A stretch of DNA of 46,631 bases from positions 1-46,631 of the IMG/VR virus record IMGVR_UViG_3300043178_000177. The stretch is one strand, 5' to 3'. The position numbers and the translations under genes are program-made. The notes under the pieces are model-generated. The model did not search any database and was not told where the DNA came from. It saw only the letters and a program-made list of their open reading frames with translations. Shown here one piece after another: positions 16,664 through 24,155 of this stretch (within the stretch, counting starts at the first letter, position 1; each line of letters begins with the position of its first letter). This DNA comes from a virus (Duplodnaviria; Caudoviricetes).

Positions 16664-16843
16664 TCAGTGAGCGTGACTGTTCAGCCAGGACAGTGCACGG
16701 TCAAGGGCTCCCTGCAGGTCGTAGGCTTGCCCGGCGTACTTCCACGTTCCCCAGTACACGTAAACCTCTTTAGAAATCGGATGCCACGTTACCCCATGCT
16801 CATGGCCCTTCCAGCGAACGCTTCCCTTTCTGGTGTCCGACAT
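16664..16843 (-). CDS. Small Trp/Tyr-rich protein, 59 aa (MSDTRKGSVRWKGHEHGVTWHPISKEVYVYWGTWKYAGQAYDLQGALDRALSWLNSHAH)
   Basis: Read by hand; strong RBS GGAGATAGGAGAGG; not in the ORF track. Confidence 0.75.
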   Translation of the reverse strand: MSDTRKGSVRWKGHEHGVTWHPISKEVYVYWGTWKYAGQAYDLQGALDRALSWLNSHAH

Positions 16844-16991
16844 CGGCCTCTCCTATCTCCTATCTGCATCGATCGCGAGAGGGCGGTAGAAGATGACCAC
16901 TGCGCGAGGTGCCCCCGCGACCCGGGGAGCCAGCGCGGCAAGCGAAGTTGTAACGCGTATCGTGCGACGATCTCTGCCAGCGCCAGGCTTC

Positions 16992-17654
16992 CTAGCCAGC
17001 AGCGGCCTGTACTTGGCTCGGTGCCGCCAGGCTTCTTTGAAAATCAATCATCTTGCGGTAGCGAAGAAACTGAATGATCCCTCCGCCGAAGACACCGAGC
17101 GTCATCGCTACCATCAGTCGTAGCGATAGCAGCAGGATCGCACCGACAAATCCAGCATTCCCGCTGGATCGACCGACCATCCCGCCGAGTGAGTTCCAGA
17201 TCCGACCTCCGTAGTGCCAGCCGAAGAAGATTGCGCCGAAGAGATATCCGTAAATGATCGGAGCTGCGATCGCGAAGCCCCAACTCCCCGCGGATGCTGC
17301 CTCAGACGCCATCGCGAATCCAGCGAGGACTCCGAGACCAATGGCGACATAGGACTGAATGAGCTTCTTCCGAGCGAACCGCGTGCCACAGTCGAGGCAC
17401 ACTGCGCCGTGGCGGACGATCTCTATGCCGCAATCTGCGCAGAAGCTGCTGTGGCAATCGACACAGCTTCCGACGACACCTGCCTGAGGATGATACCGAC
17501 ACGCCATCAAACTAGACGTAGTTCTCAAAGGTGACGGATTTGCCGGGACCGAGATCTGTGGTCCCGTCGTGGAGTCGCCAACTGGCTTTCCACACTTGGG
17601 ACAAAATCGGGTCACATCTTGGACTTGTCCACCGCAATGTGCACAAAACCGCAT
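16992..17654 (-). CDS. Zinc-ribbon + B-box zinc finger + multi-pass membrane protein
   Basis: CAHC...CPKC; CxxH-x8-CxxC-x4-CxxC...CxxC; 3-4 hydrophobic segments; GAGGAGG RBS. Confidence 0.85.
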   Translation of the reverse strand: MRFCAHCGGQVQDVTRFCPKCGKPVGDSTTGPQISVPANPSPLRTTSSLMACRYHPQAGVVGSCVDCHSSFCADCGIEIVRHGAVCLDCGTRFARKKLIQSYVAIGLGVLAGFAMASEAASAGSWGFAIAAPIIYGYLFGAIFFGWHYGGRIWNSLGGMVGRSSGNAGFVGAILLLSLRLMVAMTLGVFGGGIIQFLRYRKMIDFQRSLAAPSQVQAAAG

Positions 17655-17786
17655 TGAACCTGCCTCCTCAAATCATACTCATCGAACCAAGCCTTCGGAT
17701 CGCCAACAGTTCCATGGCTTTTGACGTAAGTTCAGGGTCCTGACCAGTCCGGATCTTCATCGTGCGATGCAGACTGTTATCGAGTG

Positions 17787-18536
17787 TTATCGAGTTTTCA
17801 TTTTCCAGTACAGAAATGCTAGTCCACCCCAAAATCCGACATTGACGATCATCATCATCACTCCGCTCCCAAAGTTGCCATTCACCATCATCAACAATCC
17901 CATTGGCACCGCTAGCAATGCCATGATCGACAAGCAGCCGAGCACAGGTTTCGAGCCCCTAAAGGAGTGCATCGCAATCGCAAGATTACTCTCATTGTGG
18001 AGCCGGTCCAGAGTTTTCCTATAGTCCAAATTGTTTGGATCTAAAGTAACAGCCCTCTCAAAAGCCTCTATCGCGCCTTCCCTCTGACCCAATTCCACGC
18101 GCATCACACCGAGGCAATAATGTGACATTGGAAAGGAATCCACCAGCGAAATGGAGCTCTCGATTAGCCGTACGCTCTCAGCTCTGTTCGCCATAGTAAC
18201 CCCTTGAATCATCCCCCGAAACATCAAGGAACTGGCTCGGGCAAGCCGTACGCCCTCCAGTACCTCAGTCGCATTAGACGGCTCAACCGCTGCCTCAGCT
18301 GTTTGAAGCTGGCGATCGGCAAAATCCAATGTCGACAACGCTGCGGTAGCGTCGTTACGACTAAGGCTGGATACTTTGTCGATGCTGTCAGCCACTGCAG
18401 CCACCTCGTCCAAGTAAGAGTTTGCAGTTCTCAAAGCATCCTTCGCCGGGCTCATTACGACAGCGGGCTTTCCGCATTTGGGACAGAACTTAGCTCCTTC
18501 TTGAGTTGTTCCTCCACAATATGTGCAGAACCCCAT
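17787..18536 (-). CDS. Zinc-ribbon + TPR + C-terminal membrane hairpin protein
   Basis: CTYC...CPKC; TPR SHYCLGVMRVELGQREGAIEAFERAVTLDPNN; two C-terminal TM segments. Confidence 0.85.
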   Translation of the reverse strand: MGFCTYCGGTTQEGAKFCPKCGKPAVVMSPAKDALRTANSYLDEVAAVADSIDKVSSLSRNDATAALSTLDFADRQLQTAEAAVEPSNATEVLEGVRLARASSLMFRGMIQGVTMANRAESVRLIESSISLVDSFPMSHYCLGVMRVELGQREGAIEAFERAVTLDPNNLDYRKTLDRLHNESNLAIAMHSFRGSKPVLGCLSIMALLAVPMGLLMMVNGNFGSGVMMMIVNVGFWGGLAFLYWKMKTR

Positions 18537-18561
18537 CGTGGCTTACCTCGTCGGCTGGATT

Positions 18562-20115
18562 TTACACCAAAACACTTCTTCTCGCCTTCGGCTGCCCAGC
18601 ATCCGGTGCAATCGGCTGCCCGGACGCCGGCACAGCACGCTCTCGGCCCCATGCCCTGATTGAATCGATCGCCTCCGGGTTGGTCTTCGAGAGCGGAACG
18701 ATATTCGTGAAGACCTTGCGCCAAAAGGCATCATCAATGGCTGATTCGCCCTTTAAAATCGCTTCTTTGGCGATCTCCGCTACTGCTGCATCGATGTCAG
18801 CGCCCGCGAAACCGTCGGAAAGATCGACCAGGTCAGATAACATGCTGGCCTCGAGATCTCGATGCATGTACCTGCGGGCGTACAGATTTATGATCTCTTG
18901 GCGTTCCGAGTGATTCGGCAAATCTACAAAGAACAACTCGTCGAAGCGGCCTCGACGAAATAGCTCTGGCGGGAGCTTGCCAATGTCGTTCGCAGTGGAA
19001 ACTACGAACACTCGTGCGCGACCCTCCTGAAGCCAGTACAGGAAGTGGCCAACAAGCCGCGTGGAAGTGCCTCCATCATTATTCGAGCCCCCAGCACCAG
19101 CCAGTCCCTTCTCGATCTCGTCAATCCACAGCACGCATGGGGCAACGCGATCTGCCGTACTTAGAGCTTCCTTAAGTCGCCCCTCTGATTGCCCCAAATA
19201 CTGACCATGAATATTCGAGAGGTCAAGTCGATACAAAGGCAGATTCCAGCTTGTAGCGATCGCTTTCGCGGATAGCGACTTTCCACACCCCGGCACGCCA
19301 ACGAGGAGCACGCCTCGCGGAGGCCGCAGCCCACGCTCGCGAAGGTCCATTGTGAGCAAAGGACGCTGTTTCTCCAGCCATGCATGGAGGCCGGCCAAAC
19401 CACCGACGGTCACATCTCTTGCGGACACCTTCACCCGCTCCAGTCCTGCGATGTCCGAGAAGATGCGGTCCTTTACCTTGCCCAACTCGGCGAGGTCGGA
19501 TTTCAAGATGGATCCCTTCGCCAGAAACGTCGCAATCGCGTTCTCGGCTTCGATGCGCGTCACGCCAGCCAGGATGGTAGCAGCCTCCGTGAGTTCTGGG
19601 TCTCCCCACTCGATCTGCACTGAACCGCGGTAAGGGGAGAGGCACTCTGCGATGATGGTGCGCATCTCGTCCTCGTTTGGTGGATCGAGAGTGAGCGTCA
19701 TGCCCTGGCGCTGCAGTCTTGGCCAGATCGCAGATGTAGTGATCACGATGATCGCCCCACCCCGCTCCGTGGCGGAGGAGGCGACGTCCAAAATCTGGCG
19801 GCTTAAAGGCGTGTCGCCGTCGATATCCTGCACTTCCGTAAGCACAAACGTCAGGTTCTGACGCTGTAGAATCTGCTGACTGGCGTGGTCGAGCGCCCCG
19901 GCTACCGAGCGTTCCTCGTTTACGACGCGATTCGTGCCAATGTCACGGACACCCTGGGAGAGGGTGTGGTAGTAGATCGGAATGTTCAGTTCGGATGCCA
20001 GGCTTCGGAAGAGCTCCAACGCGCGATCCCGCTCGTCCGTCCGAAGCGAGATAAACGGAATGCGCGCCTTCAAGTAGAGGAGCATCGTTTGCCGAGACGT
20101 GGCGAATTCAGGCAT
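18562..20115 (-). CDS. Ycf46-type AAA+ ATPase (degenerate N-terminal AAA domain + active AAA domain)
   Basis: Walker A GVPGCGKS, Walker B VLWIDE, sensor TAN, SRH PELFRRGRFD, GFAGADI. Confidence 0.93.
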   Translation of the reverse strand: MPEFATSRQTMLLYLKARIPFISLRTDERDRALELFRSLASELNIPIYYHTLSQGVRDIGTNRVVNEERSVAGALDHASQQILQRQNLTFVLTEVQDIDGDTPLSRQILDVASSATERGGAIIVITTSAIWPRLQRQGMTLTLDPPNEDEMRTIIAECLSPYRGSVQIEWGDPELTEAATILAGVTRIEAENAIATFLAKGSILKSDLAELGKVKDRIFSDIAGLERVKVSARDVTVGGLAGLHAWLEKQRPLLTMDLRERGLRPPRGVLLVGVPGCGKSLSAKAIATSWNLPLYRLDLSNIHGQYLGQSEGRLKEALSTADRVAPCVLWIDEIEKGLAGAGGSNNDGGTSTRLVGHFLYWLQEGRARVFVVSTANDIGKLPPELFRRGRFDELFFVDLPNHSERQEIINLYARRYMHRDLEASMLSDLVDLSDGFAGADIDAAVAEIAKEAILKGESAIDDAFWRKVFTNIVPLSKTNPEAIDSIRAWGRERAVPASGQPIAPDAGQPKARRSVLV

Positions 20116-20130
20116 AGCAACTCACGGATA

Positions 20131-20658
20131 TCATAGGAGAATCCGGCGACCGCGACTTGGCGGCAGGGCGCTATCGGAGCTTTGGCTGATTGGCGCGGTC
20201 GGCGGCGCCTCGCTCACAGCCGTCAGCGGGTGGTCCCGGATCGTCTTCAACAGCCGCCCTTGGTCGTGCCTCACCCCCTCTGCGTGGCGCTCCAGGGACT
20301 TCTGGGTCTCAGTGGTCCATCGGGTCAGCTCTGACGAGAGGTGGCTTTGGACATCGGCAGGAATGGCAGGCAAGTTCACGAAGGTCAGAAGCGGCGCCAA
20401 CCCGCGTCGCGCCAGCAGCAAGGCGTTCGAAATCGCGAAATAGTCCCCACGCGCACGATCCAAGCCCGCCTGGAGCTGCTTGGAGAGAGCTTGGAGACGG
20501 GCATTCAATGTGTCAGCCACATGTCGCGTCCACCGCTCCGCCACAACGTTCGTCCATTCGATGGAACCGTATCGCATGGGATCGAGAGCCGCGTCATCGC
20601 CGGTTCGAAAACGGTCGAGCAATGGCAGCCATTCTGCGTAAGCCTGGGGCCCGATCAT
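20131..20658 (-). CDS. Helical hypothetical protein (PQAYAEW N-terminus)
   Basis: 175 aa with RBS, in operon directly upstream of the AAA ATPase. Confidence 0.8.
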   Translation of the reverse strand: MIGPQAYAEWLPLLDRFRTGDDAALDPMRYGSIEWTNVVAERWTRHVADTLNARLQALSKQLQAGLDRARGDYFAISNALLLARRGLAPLLTFVNLPAIPADVQSHLSSELTRWTTETQKSLERHAEGVRHDQGRLLKTIRDHPLTAVSEAPPTAPISQSSDSALPPSRGRRILL

Positions 20659-20701
20659 CGTTTCTTATCCTGCTACGTCTGTCGATGTCACTTCGGCACC
20701 G

Positions 20702-21070
20702 TCATCGAACCTTGGTTCCGCACCCCGTGCAGAATGTCGATCCTTCCTCAAGAGACGCCCCGCAGTTCTGACAGAAAGCGTCACGTTTCGCCGGGGCTAC
20801 GGAAGTTGAAGCAGGTAGCGGCGGTGGTGAAGGATGTGGCGGTGAAGCCGCCTTCGAACCACTCGCTGGCACGTCCGAATTGGCCGGTGGCTTGTAGGCG
20901 GGCGCTGGCCGACGCCGGACCAGTAGGGTGTGAGCCGGCAACAAGTCCCAACCCGGCAGTTGAGTCGCCAGCGGGGACTCCTGTGCCCTGGCGTGCGCTG
21001 AAGCCGTGTCTGCGGAAACCGACGCAGAGACGTTTGGAAGATTCGGATCAAGTATCGGTCGCGTAGGCAT
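20702..21070 (-). CDS. Low-complexity protein with WDLLP motif and C-terminal zinc ribbon
   Basis: GGAG RBS; LPGWDLLPAHTLLVRRR; Pro/Ser linker; CQNCG...FCTGCG. Confidence 0.8.
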   Translation of the reverse strand: MPTRPILDPNLPNVSASVSADTASAHARAQESPLATQLPGWDLLPAHTLLVRRRPAPAYKPPANSDVPASGSKAASPPHPSPPPLPASTSVAPAKRDAFCQNCGASLEEGSTFCTGCGTKVR

Positions 21071-21082
21071 GATTCTTTCTCC

Positions 21083-22831
21083 TCAGGCCATCACCGTTCG
21101 AGTCTGTTCCGGCCGCTTGAGAACAAACTGGGGAGAGCTCAAGGCTGAGAGCAGTTCGACAACATCATCAGCCTTGCCATCCTCCTTGGAGGTCTCGCGG
21201 CGGAGATCGGTCAATTCCGCTAACGCCGCCTTTAGAATCCTGGTGGCATCATCCCTTTCCTTCTCAAGCGCTTCCCTCGTTTGCTGTCGAACGTTGTCGA
21301 GATTCTTGTACTGGAAATAGAAGTAGGCGCCCGCCGCCGCCATGATGAGAATGCCGACCAGGATCGCTCCACCCCCCTGTGCGGCAATCACCAAGCCCAG
21401 AAGTCCGCCAATGATCAGTGCGGCCCACGTCCCGCCGGATATGCCCACCGCGTTCACCGCCTGCACGATGCGGTTTTCATAGTGTTGGTGAAGGTCGGCG
21501 CTCAACTGCTGTTCGTTCAACCCATCTCTGCTGGTACCTTTCCATGAGCCGCAGGCAACCTCAACATCCGTGGGAACCAGTGCGCGGTCGCGGGCGGTCA
21601 AGTCGTTGAACCCCGCGATGACCCACTGGCGGCAACGTGAAACTGCGTACCTCTGAGTGGCGCGGGTCGCTCCTGTGCGCTCTGGGTACATCGCGGAATT
21701 CGTGAGCATCGCTGCAAAGTTCGTCTGTTCCTTCAACGATTCGGATTCCGCACCGAAGCGGCGGGCTGCGCGAGTTTTATCTCCACCCTCCTCTACGATG
21801 AGTTGAAGCATCAACTCCTCCTTGCGCAAGGGCAACTCTTCATCGTCGTAGTTGGTGACGAGCGAGTCGAGAAGGCCGTCCACTGCCGCCTCCAAACTCG
21901 GGGGTACGACGACTTCCCCCGTGAACAACTGCTCGAAGAAAGACTGAATGACCTGATTTCTCCTCGCCGCCGCCAAGGAAGCCTCGAGTCTCGGCCAAGT
22001 GCTACTGTACTTTCGAAGCGTCGGGTACTCGTTCGGCCCAACTTTTGGCGTCATGATATCCAGAGCATCGGCCCATCGTTTGCGCTGTTCCTCTGGAAAG
22101 CCAGCTAGCTGCTCGAGCTCTGTGAGCCATTCGTCAACCACTGAGGAGCACGTCGTGAGAGCCGCTCCCCCGAATACACCGTTTGCCAGAGCATCGAGCA
22201 TCACAACGACCTCGCGGTCCAGCATCACAGGGTTCTGGATTTGGAAGTACCGAATCAACCATCGACCACAGGCCTCCATGCGTCTCGCCCGACGGCAGAC
22301 CAGGGAGAAAAACAGTGACGCCTTCGAGTCGTCCCGCTTGATTGCCTCGGCCAGTGCCTTTTCGGCCAAAACTCGATTATCGACAATCCAGCCGGTTAAG
22401 GCGACGAGCGACGGAGCGAGCCAGTAGCCCGGGCAGGCCATCATCAGATTCTCGGTCGCCGTCCGCATTGTCTCTTCGCGAACGATCGCGACATCCGTTG
22501 CTTGAAGGATCCCGGTCGTGTGTCGCCGGACCTCTGCGTAATGCCCAAACCTCTTCTCAAGCTCCTGCCGGACCTCAATGACCCTGGTGGCAGCGAACTG
22601 GCGTTCCTTTTGGCGTGTGTCGGCGGCCACGAATTCCTGAAATTCTGCGTAAAGCTCCTCCAGGCGTTCGCGAGTATCCGCCTGCTGTTGCGCGACTGTC
22701 TCAACCTGGCCGCCGACGACAGCAACATTGTGTGCAACCTGGCTTATGTTCCCATTGACGACCGAGAGGTTGCTGTTGAGTGTATCAATTGATTGCTCGA
22801 TTCCTCGAAGAACTGGCCCTAAGTCGCCCAC
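21083..22831 (-). CDS. Coiled-coil/helical protein with C-terminal transmembrane hairpin
   Basis: 582 aa; AAGGAG RBS; N-terminal heptads; two TM segments (WAALIIGGLLGLVIA / ILVGILIMAAAGAYFYF) followed by coiled coil. Confidence 0.85.
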   Translation of the reverse strand: MGDLGPVLRGIEQSIDTLNSNLSVVNGNISQVAHNVAVVGGQVETVAQQQADTRERLEELYAEFQEFVAADTRQKERQFAATRVIEVRQELEKRFGHYAEVRRHTTGILQATDVAIVREETMRTATENLMMACPGYWLAPSLVALTGWIVDNRVLAEKALAEAIKRDDSKASLFFSLVCRRARRMEACGRWLIRYFQIQNPVMLDREVVVMLDALANGVFGGAALTTCSSVVDEWLTELEQLAGFPEEQRKRWADALDIMTPKVGPNEYPTLRKYSSTWPRLEASLAAARRNQVIQSFFEQLFTGEVVVPPSLEAAVDGLLDSLVTNYDDEELPLRKEELMLQLIVEEGGDKTRAARRFGAESESLKEQTNFAAMLTNSAMYPERTGATRATQRYAVSRCRQWVIAGFNDLTARDRALVPTDVEVACGSWKGTSRDGLNEQQLSADLHQHYENRIVQAVNAVGISGGTWAALIIGGLLGLVIAAQGGGAILVGILIMAAAGAYFYFQYKNLDNVRQQTREALEKERDDATRILKAALAELTDLRRETSKEDGKADDVVELLSALSSPQFVLKRPEQTRTVMA

Positions 22832-22852
22832 TGTATCTCTCCTTGAGTGAAC

Positions 22853-23329
22853 TTACCGCTCTATCTCTGACACTGAACCGTCCACCGAAACTGCACGCAA
22901 AGTGTCCGGGTAAATTTCGATGAATACGTAAGACTGGTGTAACGCTAATGCACGTGCGCGCTCATAAAGCGGAGGCATCGACCGAAAAGTCTCAAAATGT
23001 TCGATGATGCCGCCAGCCAGATCGCAGATGTGCACCTCATAGGGCGCGCCCAGATAACATTGGCTCACGATGCCAACCGGGCGTTGTTCAATCCCGAGTT
23101 CTGGAAACTCGTTCGCTATCGCCTCCACCAAGGAGTCCAAGGCGGTTCGATCAGCATGGTGCGTACCAGCGTCCAGGCGGGTCATTGCCTCGATATACGT
23201 CTTCGAACGAGTCTGCCGAAGACGTTGCTGGAGTCGCGGCCCTTGAAGTGTGCTCCGTGGCGCCGTGGCCGGGACGGCGGCGGAGAGGCTTGTCTTGGCC
23301 TGCGGCGTTCCTAGGATCGGTCTGGGCAT
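22853..23329 (-). CDS. Hypothetical protein (CYLGxPYEVH...EH motif)
   Basis: 158 aa; first gene of the AAA module. Confidence 0.8.
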   Translation of the reverse strand: MPRPILGTPQAKTSLSAAVPATAPRSTLQGPRLQQRLRQTRSKTYIEAMTRLDAGTHHADRTALDSLVEAIANEFPELGIEQRPVGIVSQCYLGAPYEVHICDLAGGIIEHFETFRSMPPLYERARALALHQSYVFIEIYPDTLRAVSVDGSVSEIER

Positions 23330-23401
23330 ACACTATTTAGAAGAAGCACAAGCATATACACAATCCGCAGACGAGCGCAAGCGACACGTTGATCAAGTCG
23401 A

Positions 23402-24148
23402 TCATGTGCCAGTGCCTCGGGCTGCGGCCAAGCGCTGGTGTGCGACTGCGTCTGCGTCGCTCGTGATGGACGAATCCCCTCCTCCACTCGCCTGAAGTTC
23501 GTCCCGCCGTTCGAGGATCTCGTCTGTCATCCTGGCGGCGAACGTCCGCGAATCGGATTCAACTATTTGCGCACGGTAGTCCGCCTCAAGTTGCTCTGCG
23601 CCTGGCTGGTCGTCGAATCTCGGAGGTTCAATGTAATTGTCTTGGTTGTGCTCCAAGTCGGTCGAACGCTCCACGTCTATCGAGTGCCGACCGACGCCGT
23701 GAGACTTCAGCACTTCATAGTGCTGTTCCGCGTGCCGATACTCATGCAGATATGTGTCAAGGGCGACGTCAGGGGTTTCCTGTTCAAGCAGCCGCTTGTT
23801 GAGGTCTATCCGGAAATCCTTGTCGACATACCCGCCGAGTAGCTCTGGGGGTAATTCCTTCGGGTGGATCGGCGGAGGCGGAGCCTCATGAACGTCCATC
23901 ATTTCTCGACCGACTCGCTCCAGGAGGTAGCGATTCTTCACCGGGTCCGATTCATCCCATTGCTCCATCAACCGAGCGCTGTGGTCGGCCGCAATTTCCT
24001 CCGCCTTCGCCGCCGAAGTATGCTCGCAATTCAATTCGTCATCTCTGAACTCCATGACTCTGCGCCGAGCGGCGTCATTTGGATCAACCTGTACCTGTTC
24101 GATCGCTTGGGCTTCTGGGTTTTCAGGCTGATCGTTCTCCCGCAGCAT
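23402..24148 (-). CDS. Acidic HExxH zinc metallopeptidase-like protein
   Basis: LGGY...IDLN...TYLHEYRHAEQH with downstream VESDS as likely third ligand; GAGG RBS overlaps the HerA stop. Confidence 0.75.
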   Translation of the reverse strand: MLRENDQPENPEAQAIEQVQVDPNDAARRRVMEFRDDELNCEHTSAAKAEEIAADHSARLMEQWDESDPVKNRYLLERVGREMMDVHEAPPPPIHPKELPPELLGGYVDKDFRIDLNKRLLEQETPDVALDTYLHEYRHAEQHYEVLKSHGVGRHSIDVERSTDLEHNQDNYIEPPRFDDQPGAEQLEADYRAQIVESDSRTFAARMTDEILERRDELQASGGGDSSITSDADAVAHQRLAAARGTGT

Positions 24149-24155
24149 ACGATCC

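Noticed and set aside
16921-16932. Second GGGGAGCCA resembling the att remnant
   Set aside because: Only ~10 bp, opposite orientation, no boundary signal; expected by chance in GC-rich DNA
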